Source: Candidatus Pelethomonas intestinigallinarum
GTDB taxonomy: Bacteria > Bacillota > Clostridia > Oscillospirales > Oscillospiraceae
Direction of reading: 5' to 3'
DNA: 41,542 nt
NCBI GenBank assembly: GCA_018712665.1
Contig: DVGP01000262.1
Coordinates: 1 to 41,542, forward strand
Part shown: in pieces, positions 16,738 to 24,566 of the stretch
Layout of the letters: each line of letters begins with the position of its first letter
Numbering within the stretch: position 1 is the first letter of the stretch
Position numbers and translations under genes: made by a program
The notes under the pieces: generated by a model
Database searches by the model: none
What the model was told of the DNA's origin: nothing
The model's input: only the letters and a program-made list of their open reading frames with translations

Positions 16738-18150
16738 ATGCGTAAGACAAAGATCGTGTGTACCATTGGGCCCGCCTGCGACAACGAGGAGACCCTGGAG
16801 CGGATGTGCCTGGCCGGAATGAACGTGGCCCGGCTGAATTTTTCCCACGGCACCCACCCGGAGCAGCAGCGAAAAATGGACCTCGTCAAAAAGGTGCGGG
16901 AGAAGCTGAACCTGCCCATCGCCATCATGCTGGACACCAAGGGCCCGGAGTACCGCATCCGCACCTTTGAAAACGGAAGTATTACCCTCAGGGAGGGCGA
17001 CGCCTTTACCTTCACCACCGAGCAGATCGTGGGCAACCAGGAGCGGGTGTCGGTGAGCTATCCAGGTCTGATCCACGATCTGGAGGTGGGAGACAAGATC
17101 CTGCTGAACAACGGCCTGCTGGTGTTCCAGGTGGAGGCTCTGGAGGGCACCGAGGCCCGGTGCCGGGTGCTGGTGGGGGGCGAGACCTCCAACAACAAGT
17201 CCATGAGCTTCCCCAACAAGGTCATGAGCCAGGTCTACCTCAGCGAGCAGGACAAGGCGGACCTGCTGCTGGGCCTGGAGAACGAGGTGGACTACATCGC
17301 CTGTTCCTTCGTCTCCCGAAAGCAGGACATCCTGGATGTGAAGGACTTCATCGCCCAGCACACCGACCGGTACATCGGCATCATCGCCAAGATCGAGAAC
17401 CAGGCGGGCATCGACAACATCGAGGAGATCTGCCAGGTCTGCGACGGGGTGATGGTGGCCCGGGGCGACCTGGGGGTAGAAGTGCCCTTCGAGAAGCTGC
17501 CGGCCATCCAGAAAAAGCTCATCAACACCTGCCGCCGCCTGGGCAAGCGGTCCATCACCGCCACGGAGATGCTGGAATCCATGATCCACAACGCACGGCC
17601 CACCCGGGCGGAGATCAGCGACGTGGCCAACGCCGTCTACGACGGCACCAGCGCCGTAATGCTCTCCGGGGAGACCGCCGCGGGCAAGTACCCGGTGGAG
17701 GCGGTGGAGACCATGGCCCGGATCGTGGAACAGACCGAGCAGGACGTGAACTACCAGAGGCGCTTCTGGCAGACGGAGTTCCCCATCCACAACACCGTGG
17801 ACGCCATCTCCCACGCCACCTGCGCCATCGCCATCGACATCAACGCCAAGGCCATCGTGGCCTGCTCCCTGTCGGGGATGACGGTGCGGATGGTGTCCCG
17901 GTTCCGGCCCCCGGTGGACATCCTGGGGCTGACCACCAACGAGCGGACCTGGCGGATGCTGGCTCTGAGCTGGGGCGTGACGCCCCTGATGTGCGAGGAG
18001 GTGCCCTCCACCGACGTGCTGTTCTACACCGCTATGAAGGCCGCCAAGGAGCACATGAAGCTCTCCCCCGGCGATGAGATCGTCATTACCGGCGGCATCA
18101 CCAACGGCCGGTCCGGCAACACCAACCTGCTGAAGGTGGAGACCATCTGA
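16738..18150 (+). CDS. pyk: Pyruvate kinase (no C-terminal PEP-utilizer extension)
   Basis: ORF 16300..18150. The start is MRKTKIVCTIGPA at 16738, 7 nt after AAGAGGAGG. Canonical motifs present: NVARLNFSHG, MLDTKGPE, MVARGDLGVE and TQMLESM-like ATEMLESM. Confidence 0.9.
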   Translation: MRKTKIVCTIGPACDNEETLERMCLAGMNVARLNFSHGTHPEQQRKMDLVKKVREKLNLPIAIMLDTKGPEYRIRTFENGSITLREGDAFTFTTEQIVGNQERVSVSYPGLIHDLEVGDKILLNNGLLVFQVEALEGTEARCRVLVGGETSNNKSMSFPNKVMSQVYLSEQDKADLLLGLENEVDYIACSFVSRKQDILDVKDFIAQHTDRYIGIIAKIENQAGIDNIEEICQVCDGVMVARGDLGVEVPFEKLPAIQKKLINTCRRLGKRSITATEMLESMIHNARPTRAEISDVANAVYDGTSAVMLSGETAAGKYPVEAVETMARIVEQTEQDVNYQRRFWQTEFPIHNTVDAISHATCAIAIDINAKAIVACSLSGMTVRMVSRFRPPVDILGLTTNERTWRMLALSWGVTPLMCEEVPSTDVLFYTAMKAAKEHMKLSPGDEIVITGGITNGRSGNTNLLKVETI

Positions 18151-18168
18151 CCATATTGTGAAAAGGAA

Positions 18169-18204
18169 GGAGGCCGGCGCGTGTGCGCCGGCCTCCCTGT
18201 TTGC
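18169..18204. terminator. Bidirectional terminator hairpin after pyk
   Basis: GGAGGCCGGCGC-gtgt-GCGCCGGCCTCC (12-bp perfect stem). CTGTTTG follows on the plus strand and TTCCTTTTC follows on the minus strand. Confidence 0.7.
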
Positions 18205-18232
18205 CTGGGAACGGGTAGTTGCTTTTCGATAT

Positions 18233-18866
18233 TTACCCCATGACCTCGCCGCCGGGGGCGTCGTTGGCCTGGGACCAGATCTCCACCAGAGCCGGTAGTC
18301 CGTGGTGGGGTCCTCAGGATTGGTAGGATCTTCAGAGTCAGTGGAATCTTCGGGTTCGGTAGGCTCCTCAGCGCAAACTGCCTCGAAGGTAATCCAATCC
18401 GTATCCTGATCATACCATGCATTATGCTCCTCAAGCAAAGCCTTCAGCGCAGGGAAGGTAACTCGCCAGCATACATGGGAGAATCACTCAGCCGGACCTT
18501 CCAGCCGATAAACTCCTTGCCCTCGGGAGCCACTAGATCTGCAATAGCCACCGAAGCGGTAGGATTGGTGCTGATCACGTCGCCGCTGCCCAAGTATTCA
18601 TCCTTCGTTCCATCCCAGGACACGAACCTCACGTTGATGGCATTCACGGCCGTCTCAACCTTGCCGTACAGCTCATACTTCTTCAGCATCAGGGGCAGCT
18701 TTGCTTTTTTGGCCTCGCTGCCGATGTCCTCTGCTTTCTCATACCAACCGTCGAAGGCATCGCCTTCCGCAACGGTCGGATTATAGAACGTATCGTCCTG
18801 CAGATTCTTCCCGCTGATGTGCGCGGATACTGGTAACAGTAACCCAGCTTTCATCATCTGTGTCAT
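18233..18866 (-). pseudogene. Frameshifted remnant of an InlB B-repeat (Listeria-Bacteroides repeat) surface protein
   Basis: ORF 18444..18866 (140 aa) has no signal peptide. It contains two B-repeat-like motifs (AFDGWYEKAED and GKEFIGWKV). The reading continues sensibly in a second frame (VTFPALKALLEEHNAWYDQDTDWITFEAVCAEEPTEPEDSTDSEDPTNPEDPTTD) and then a third (ALVEIWSQANDAPGGEVMG-stop at 18233). The region is visibly lower in GC than its flanks. Confidence 0.5.
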
Positions 18867-18956
18867 AGCCAGCCCTACCCTCTTGTCCGCACAAAAAGCA
18901 ACTCAGGTCTGGGCCGGGGAGGCCCAGGACCTTCGGGGGTACGGGGACGGAGCCTC

Positions 18957-18986
18957 CAAAAAAAGTGGGGGCCAATGGCCCCCACT
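18957..18986 (-). terminator. Rho-independent terminator of the synthase-GntR operon
   Basis: AGTGGGGGCC-att-GGCCCCCACT on the minus strand, followed by TTTTTTT, starting 6 nt after the GntR stop. Confidence 0.85.
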
Positions 18987-18991
18987 GAAAT

Positions 18992-19648
18992 TCAAATTGC
19001 CGCTGCCTGTTCGTTGATGAGGATATTGTCCCTGGCCCGCTCCACGTGCTGCGTCGCCAGGGCCTCAGCCTGGGCGGCGTCCCCGGCCGCCAGGGCGTTG
19101 AAGATGGCCCGGTGCTCGGCCGTAGACTTCTGTGCCCGCTGGTTGTCGCTGACGGAGAGCTTCCGGTGGCGCATGAGGCGCTTGAGCAGCCCGGTGAGCT
19201 GCTTATCAAACACCCGGCTGCCGCAGGCGGCATAGATCGCCGTGTGGAAGCGGCTGTCGGACTCCAGGATCTTGTCCGGCAGATCCCGGGAGACATAGAA
19301 CTCCTGGAGGGTGACGATCTCGTCCAGCTCCACCAGCTCCTTCTGCCCGATCCGCTGGCAGCACATGGCCGTGGCAAGCCCCTCCAGCCGCAGCCGGATC
19401 TCCAGCATATCCAGCAGGTCCTGGTGGGTGACCCCCACCACCACAATGGTCTTGCCCCGGCTCTCCACCAGATCGTCCTGCTCCAGGCGGCGCAGGGCCT
19501 CCCGCACCGGGGTGCGGCTGACGTTCAGCTTCTCCGAGAGCTTCAGCTCCGTCAGCACATCCCCCCGCTGGTAGGCGCCGGTGAGGATGTCCTCCTCCAC
19601 CCGCTCATAGACGATGTCCGCCAGGGAGGTTACCTTCCCTTCCGCCAT
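18992..19648 (-). CDS. GntR-family transcriptional regulator (FadR/FCD subfamily)
   Basis: 218-aa ORF. It has the N-terminal wHTH ELKLSEKLNVSRTPVREALRRLEQDDLV and a helical FCD-like C-terminal domain (FHTAIYAACG..., EHRAIFNALAAGDAAQAEA). The RBS GAGGAGGG overlaps the upstream stop. Confidence 0.9.
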   Translation of the reverse strand: MAEGKVTSLADIVYERVEEDILTGAYQRGDVLTELKLSEKLNVSRTPVREALRRLEQDDLVESRGKTIVVVGVTHQDLLDMLEIRLRLEGLATAMCCQRIGQKELVELDEIVTLQEFYVSRDLPDKILESDSRFHTAIYAACGSRVFDKQLTGLLKRLMRHRKLSVSDNQRAQKSTAEHRAIFNALAAGDAAQAEALATQHVERARDNILINEQAAAI

Positions 19649-19660
19649 GGTCAGCCCTCC

Positions 19661-21034
19661 TCAGCTCTGGAACCGGCCGGGGGCAAATTCCTGGACCTTG
19701 GCCTCCAGCTCGTGGCGGCCCAGGGTGCTCTGCCGCCCATTCTCGTACTCTTCGTCCACCCAGGCCTTCAGCTGGGCCACCAGGGGATCGTTCTTGGCGA
19801 TGGCCGCGTCTCCGGTGAGGTCGTAGTTGTCGTTGATCCAGTAGGCAATGCCCGCCAGCCCGGAGGTCTTGCCGATCATCACCGAGGCGGGGCGGTTCAG
19901 CAGCCGCTTGGTGTCGAAGATGTTGTAGATCTCCTCATCCTTCAGCAGGCCGTCGGCGTGGATGCCCGCCCGGGTGACGTTGAAATTCCGGCCCACAAAG
20001 GGGGTGTTCTCGGGAATGTCGTAGCCGATCTGGTACTTGAAGTACCGGGCGATGTCGGTGATGGCGGTGGTGTCCATGCCGTCCAGAGTGCCCCGGAAGC
20101 CGGCGTACTGGAACACCATGGACTCCAGAGGGACGTTGCCCGTGCGCTCGCCGATGCCCAGCAGGGTGCAGTTGACGGCGCTGGCGCCGTACATCCAGGC
20201 GTGGCCGGCGTTGGCGGTGGCCAGGTGGAAGTCGTTGTGGCCGTGCCACTCCAGGCACCGGGCGGGCACGTCGGCGTAGTGGCGCAGGCCGTAGATGATG
20301 CCCGGCACGCACCGGGGCAGGGTGGACCCGCCGTAGGGCACGCCCAGGCCCAAGGTGTCGCAGGCCCGGATCTTCACGGGGATGCCGGCCTCACGGCTCA
20401 GATCCTGAAGGGCGTTGACAAAGGGCACCACGAAGCCGTAGAAGTCCGCCCGGGTGATGTCCTCCAGGTGGCAGCGGGGGATGACCCCGGCGGCGAAGGC
20501 CTCCTTCACCGTGGCCAGGTAGGTGTCCATGGCCTGGCGGCGGGTCATGTGGAGCTTCTTGAAGATGTGGTAGTCGGAGCAGCTGACCAGAATGCCCGTC
20601 TCCGGGATGCCCATGTCCGCCACCAGCTTGAAGTCCTGGGGGGTGGCCCGGATCCAGGAGGTGATCTCCGGGAAGCGCAGACCCAGCTCCCGGCACTTGT
20701 CCAGGGCCTCCCGGTCCTTCTTGCTGTAGATGAAGAACTCCGTCTGGCGGATGATGCCCTTGGGGCCGCTGAGCCGGCTCATGAGCTTGTAGAGGTCCAC
20801 GATCTGCTGCACGGAGAAGGGCTCCATGGACTGCTGCCCGTCCCGAAAGGTGGTGTCGGTGATCCAGATCTCCTCGGGCATGTTCATGGGCACCCGGCGG
20901 TGGTTGAAGGGGATCTTCGGGGCCTCCTCGTAGCTGAACGCGTCCCGGTAGAGCTGGGGCTCCGCCACGTCCTGGAGCTGGTACTTGTAGGATTTCTGTT
21001 CCAGCAGATGGGAAGAGTTGGAAAGCTCAAGCAT
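19661..21034 (-). CDS. HMGL-like (LeuA/NifV-family) acyl-CoA:2-oxoacid condensing enzyme; probable Re-face citrate synthase
   Basis: 457-aa ORF with WITDTTFRDGQQS, HGHNDFHLATANA and LLGIGERTGN motifs of the isopropylmalate/homocitrate synthase fold. The long N-terminal leader (LLEQKSYKYQLQDV..P.LYRD.FSYEE.PKI.FN) and the size match what I recall for the Clostridium kluyveri-type Re-citrate synthase clade. The specific activity is inference. Confidence 0.7.
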   Translation of the reverse strand: MLELSNSSHLLEQKSYKYQLQDVAEPQLYRDAFSYEEAPKIPFNHRRVPMNMPEEIWITDTTFRDGQQSMEPFSVQQIVDLYKLMSRLSGPKGIIRQTEFFIYSKKDREALDKCRELGLRFPEITSWIRATPQDFKLVADMGIPETGILVSCSDYHIFKKLHMTRRQAMDTYLATVKEAFAAGVIPRCHLEDITRADFYGFVVPFVNALQDLSREAGIPVKIRACDTLGLGVPYGGSTLPRCVPGIIYGLRHYADVPARCLEWHGHNDFHLATANAGHAWMYGASAVNCTLLGIGERTGNVPLESMVFQYAGFRGTLDGMDTTAITDIARYFKYQIGYDIPENTPFVGRNFNVTRAGIHADGLLKDEEIYNIFDTKRLLNRPASVMIGKTSGLAGIAYWINDNYDLTGDAAIAKNDPLVAQLKAWVDEEYENGRQSTLGRHELEAKVQEFAPGRFQS

Positions 21035-21050
21035 GGTAGGGCACCTCCTT

Positions 21051-21093
21051 GTATAATTGTATACAATTATACATTATGTGCAGGATTTGTCAA
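21051..21093 (-). promoter_or_regulatory. Near-consensus sigma-A promoter whose -10 box is embedded in a perfect 22-bp palindrome (probable GntR operator)
   Basis: The palindrome GTATAATTGTATACAATTATAC (21051..21072) is its own reverse complement. On the minus strand: TTGACA (21093..21088), a 16-nt spacer, then TATAAT (21071..21066). The palindrome abuts the RBS AAGGAGG of the synthase gene. Its core TTGTATACAA fits the GntR-type GT-N-AC operator pattern. Confidence 0.55.
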
Positions 21094-21121
21094 GAGAAAT
21101 TTTTCCGGGAGAAAATTTTTC

Positions 21122-21150
21122 TTGTCTGCGGCGCGGAATTTCTCTATACT
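21122..21150 (+). promoter_or_regulatory. Candidate sigma-A promoter for the CAT-family gene
   Basis: TTGTCT (21122-21127), a 17-nt spacer, then TATACT (21145-21150), about 58 nt upstream of the ATG at 21208. Confidence 0.35.
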
Positions 21151-21207
21151 GAAGGCAACAGATTTACAGTCTGCCCCCTATGGGGGCGATCAGAAGGAGA
21201 TGAGCCT

Positions 21208-21846
21208 ATGGCGTACCGCGTGATCGACAAGGAGACCATGCCCCGGCGGGAGCAGTTCGACTACTTCCGCGCCATGGCCCAGCCCTATGTGGGGATCACA
21301 TGGGAGCTGGACATCACAGACCTGAGGCGGCGGCAGAAGGCGGAGGGCTGGCCCTTCTTCCTGACCATGCTGTATCTGGCGGGGCAGGCGGCCAACCGGG
21401 TGCCCCAGCTGCGCCAGCGCATTCGGGGGGAGGACGTGGTGGAGTACGACCGCTGCGACACCTCCCACACCGTGGCCACGGCGGACGGCAACTTCCGCTA
21501 CTGCCGGGTACGGGGCGGGCTCCCCTTCCGGGAGTTTCTGCCCCTGGCCCGCGCCGCCCACCAGGCGGCCCAGGAGCGGCCGTCGTTGATGGAGGAGGAG
21601 GACGAGGAGTCCCTGCTCTTCGTCTCCAGCCTCCCCTGGACCCCCTTCACCGGCCTGATCCAGCCCACCCCCTCCCCGGCGGACTCCAATCCCCGGATCA
21701 CCTTCGGCGGCTACCACTGGCGGGGAGATCGGCTGATTTTGCCGGTGTCCCTCCTGGCCAACCACGCCCTGGTGGACGGGCGGCACCTGGCCCAGTTCTA
21801 CCAGGAGCTGGAGAAGGCAACGGCGGAGCTGCTGGAACAACCGTAA
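21208..21846 (+). CDS. Chloramphenicol acetyltransferase (CAT, type A) family O-acetyltransferase
   Basis: ORF 21049..21846. The start is MAYRVIDKETMPRREQFDYF at 21208, after GAAGGAGA. The sequence is CAT-family-like throughout, and the catalytic-His region reads SLLANHALVDGRHLAQF (equivalent to HHAVCDG). The substrate is unknown. Confidence 0.8.
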   Translation: MAYRVIDKETMPRREQFDYFRAMAQPYVGITWELDITDLRRRQKAEGWPFFLTMLYLAGQAANRVPQLRQRIRGEDVVEYDRCDTSHTVATADGNFRYCRVRGGLPFREFLPLARAAHQAAQERPSLMEEEDEESLLFVSSLPWTPFTGLIQPTPSPADSNPRITFGGYHWRGDRLILPVSLLANHALVDGRHLAQFYQELEKATAELLEQP

Positions 21847-21850
21847 ACAA

Positions 21851-21886
21851 AACTTCCGGGCGGCGCCTGCCGCCCGGAAGTTTTTA
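21851..21886 (+). terminator. Rho-independent terminator after the CAT-family gene
   Basis: AACTTCCGGGCGGC-gcct-GCCGCCCGGAAGTT (14-bp perfect stem) followed by TTTAT. Confidence 0.8.
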
Positions 21887-21949
21887 TCGACCTTCCATAA
21901 AAAGAACACAACTCCCATGTACCATAGAAGACGAAAGGGGGGACATTCC

Positions 21950-22627
21950 ATGCACACCATTCTGCTGGTGGAGGACGAGCGAACGCTGCGGGAGCTGGTG
22001 GGGGACTACCTGACTCGCAGGAGCGGCGGACAGTGGCGGGTCCTGCCCGCCGCCGACGGCGGCGAGGCCCTGCTCCTGGCCGCCAGCCAGCCCCTGGACC
22101 TGGCCATCCTGGACGTGATGCTGCCGGACATAGATGGCTTCGCCCTCTGCCGGGAGCTGCGGTCGGGCAGCGACCTGCCCATCCTGTTCCTCAGCGCCCG
22201 GTCGGCGGAGGAGGACCGCCTGCGGGGCTACGGCCTGGGGGCGGACGACTACATGACCAAGCCCTTCTCCCAGGCGGAGCTGTTCGCCAAGGCCGCTGCC
22301 CTGCTGCGCCGGTCCAAGGGGGAGATGGGCAGGGACCTGCTGGTCTCCGGCGGGGTCGCCGTGGACATCCCGGCCCACGCCGCCCTGGTGGACGGCAGGC
22401 GGGTGGACCTGCCCCCCAAGGAGCTGGCCATTCTGCGGCTTTTGCTGGAGGAGCGGGGCCGGGTCCTGCGCCGGGAGGACCTGCTGCTGCGGCTGTGGGG
22501 CTGGGACTACGAGGGCAGCGACCGGGTGGTGGACACCCACGTGAAGAACCTGCGGCGGGCCCTGGGCCCCTGGGCCCGCTGCCTGAAAACCGTCTTCAAA
22601 ACGGGGTACAAATGGGAGGAGGAGTAG
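21950..22627 (+). CDS. OmpR-family two-component response regulator
   Basis: ORF 21917..22627. The start is MHTILLVEDE at 21950, after AAAGGGGGGA. It has a receiver domain (LDLAILDVMLPDIDG, phospho-acceptor Asp) and a winged-helix C-terminus (VDTHVKNLRRAL...GYKW). Confidence 0.9.
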   Translation: MHTILLVEDERTLRELVGDYLTRRSGGQWRVLPAADGGEALLLAASQPLDLAILDVMLPDIDGFALCRELRSGSDLPILFLSARSAEEDRLRGYGLGADDYMTKPFSQAELFAKAAALLRRSKGEMGRDLLVSGGVAVDIPAHAALVDGRRVDLPPKELAILRLLLEERGRVLRREDLLLRLWGWDYEGSDRVVDTHVKNLRRALGPWARCLKTVFKTGYKWEEE

Positions 22628-22631
22628 TGGT

Positions 22632-24251
22632 ATGGATCTGAAAAGAGAGAAGCGGCGGGTGTATCTGTGGTGCTTCGCCCTGCTGCTGGCCCTGTGGCTG
22701 GCGCTGCTGGGGGCGTTTTCAGCCTATATGCTCGCCAACGCCAGAAGGCAGGAGCGGCAGCGGTTCAAGGATAACGCCAACGCCCTGGGCGAGGCGCTCC
22801 AGGACGCCAGCGACCAGGATTTGCCGCCCGCCTACGGCGACTGGCTGTCTATCGTACGAACCTACGAGGGGACCAAAGGGATCGCGGCGGCACTCTTCAC
22901 CAGCGACGGACAGCTGGAATGGCATATGGACCCGCCGGGACAGTGGACCGTGGAACTGTCCAACTCCACGGACTATTTGGGACAGAGCCACGGTGAGGTG
23001 GACATTGCGCAGTGGTTCAGTGCGGAGGACCTCCGGGAGATCATGGCGGCCGCCCAGGCCCAAGGTGGGTTCCGTGTGCCCCTGGTCCTGGAGGATGTGA
23101 CCCTCACCGCCGGCGGAGAGATAGTCCCCCGGGCCCTGGCTCTGCGGACCTCCGGCGGGGACACGGTGCTGACCATCGCCAACGACAGCTATGGCCAGTC
23201 CTGGGAGGCCACCTACGCCTTCGGATACATCCGACCTCTCGGCGGCGTGAGGACCACTGACGCCCTGGCAGCGGCGGCCAACAGCCGGGTGATCCGGGAT
23301 CTTCAAGCTATCGCCGCGGACCCGTCCGTTCTGTGGGCCCCCGGGGCGGACTACCCGCGATACCTCGGCGGGAAGACCACTGTGGACGACACAACGGTGA
23401 CGGAGCGTCCCTGGGGCCCGCTGGACCGGGTCTACATCGCCCAGACGACCGATCCCATCCGCCCCGACTGCTGGCTGGTGATAACGGGCATGTCGGATGT
23501 GTGGGGCGCGGCGGGCCCCTATTGGCTGGCCACCGCTCTGATCAGTCTGGCGGGGTTCCTGCTGGCGGCCTGGCTGCTGGCCCACATGACCTGGAAGGGG
23601 CAGCGGGCCCACCTGCTCTATGAGCGCCGCCGGCGGGAGACCGCCGCCGCCATCACCCACGACCTGAAAACGCCGCTGGCGGTGATCCGGGCCTGCGCCG
23701 AAAATCTGGCGGAGGCGGCGCCCCCGGACGGGCAGGGGGACTACGCCGCGGAGATCATCCGTCAGACCGAGGGGATGGACCGGTCCCTGCTGGACATTCT
23801 GGAGCTGGACCGGCTGGAGGGGCAGGCGCCGGTCCTCCAGCTGGAGGACGTACCGCTGGAGGAGGTGGTCTCCCGACAGGTGGAGGCCCTGCAGCCCCTG
23901 TGGCCGGAGATCCAGGTCGTCCAGCAGGTGTCCGGCACGGTCCGGGCAGACCGGGCGGCACTGTCCCGGCTGGTGGAGAACCTGCTGCGGAACGCCCTGG
24001 AGCACAGCGACGGGACCGTCCAGGTCCAGGGGGACGAGACGGTTTTGACGGTGTACAACACCGGCCTGCCCATCCCCGAGGAGGACCTGCCCCGGATCTG
24101 GGAGCCCTACTTCAAGGGCGACGCCGCCCGGCGGGGCGGCTCCGGCCTGGGGCTGTCCATCGTGGCGGCGGCAGCCCGGGACCACGGCTGGCGGTGGGAG
24201 GCCGCCAACGGCGACGGCGGCGTGACCTTCACCATCCGCTTCAAAGCATAA
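22632..24251 (+). CDS. Sensor histidine kinase with a ~250-aa extracytoplasmic domain
   Basis: 539-aa ORF with TM1 VYLWCFALLLALWLALLGAFSAYML and TM2 YWLATALISLAGFLLAAWLLA. It has the HisKA H-box AAITHDLKTPLAV and HATPase N/G boxes (LLRNALEH, GSGLGLSIV). Confidence 0.9.
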   Translation: MDLKREKRRVYLWCFALLLALWLALLGAFSAYMLANARRQERQRFKDNANALGEALQDASDQDLPPAYGDWLSIVRTYEGTKGIAAALFTSDGQLEWHMDPPGQWTVELSNSTDYLGQSHGEVDIAQWFSAEDLREIMAAAQAQGGFRVPLVLEDVTLTAGGEIVPRALALRTSGGDTVLTIANDSYGQSWEATYAFGYIRPLGGVRTTDALAAAANSRVIRDLQAIAADPSVLWAPGADYPRYLGGKTTVDDTTVTERPWGPLDRVYIAQTTDPIRPDCWLVITGMSDVWGAAGPYWLATALISLAGFLLAAWLLAHMTWKGQRAHLLYERRRRETAAAITHDLKTPLAVIRACAENLAEAAPPDGQGDYAAEIIRQTEGMDRSLLDILELDRLEGQAPVLQLEDVPLEEVVSRQVEALQPLWPEIQVVQQVSGTVRADRAALSRLVENLLRNALEHSDGTVQVQGDETVLTVYNTGLPIPEEDLPRIWEPYFKGDAARRGGSGLGLSIVAAAARDHGWRWEAANGDGGVTFTIRFKA

Positions 24252-24284
24252 GGTCTCAGACACCATAGACACCACGATAACAAG

Positions 24285-24319
24285 AAAAAAGTCCGCCGGA
24301 GACATCCCCGGCGGACTTT
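24285..24319. terminator. Terminator hairpin, left copy (after the histidine kinase gene)
   Basis: AAAAAA + AAAGTCCGCCGG-agacatcc-CCGGCGGACTTT. A 6-A run precedes it, which reads as a strong U-tract on the minus strand. Only TTT follows on the plus strand. Confidence 0.7.
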
Positions 24320-24519
24320 GCATCGTGTCAAAAAGCCTCGCAGAGTTTCGCCGCCTGCAGGCGGCGAAAGAAAATGAAATCGTTTTTCCGGCGGCGTGTA
24401 CGTCGGAAAAACACTTCGCGCGAAGCGAGCGTCGCAGGGACCGCCATCAGCGGTCCCAAGGCGCAGAGCGCAGCGGATCCCCCTTGGCGGAAAAGGCGTC
24501 AGCCTTTTTCGACAGTCTC
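24320..24519. repeat. Structured ~200-bp intergenic repeat element, copy 1 (MITE-like, non-coding)
   Basis: It begins gcatcgTGTCAAAAAGCC and ends GCCTTTTTCGACAGTCTC, which form imperfect terminal inverted repeats. The interior is packed with GC-rich hairpins: TTTCGCCGCC-tgca-GGCGGCGAAA, GGGACCGC-catca-GCGGTCCC and CTTCGCGCGAAG. The ends and the internal GAAAATG match the element at 32779..33001 in the same orientation. Confidence 0.6.
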
Positions 24520-24556
24520 AAAAGTCCGCCGGGGAATGTCCCCGGCGGACTTTTTT
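24520..24556. terminator. Terminator hairpin, right copy (after ireB)
   Basis: AAAAGTCCGCCGGGGA-atg-TCCCCGGCGGACTTTT followed by TT (T6 in total). The stem sequence is the same as the hairpin at 24285..24319. It starts 10 nt after the ireB stop. Confidence 0.75.
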
Positions 24557-24566
24557 GCTTATGCGG

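Noticed and set aside
19046-21223. 725-aa plus-strand ORF across the GntR and synthase genes
   Set aside because: It is a shadow of two convincing minus-strand genes and runs straight through their intergenic RBS.
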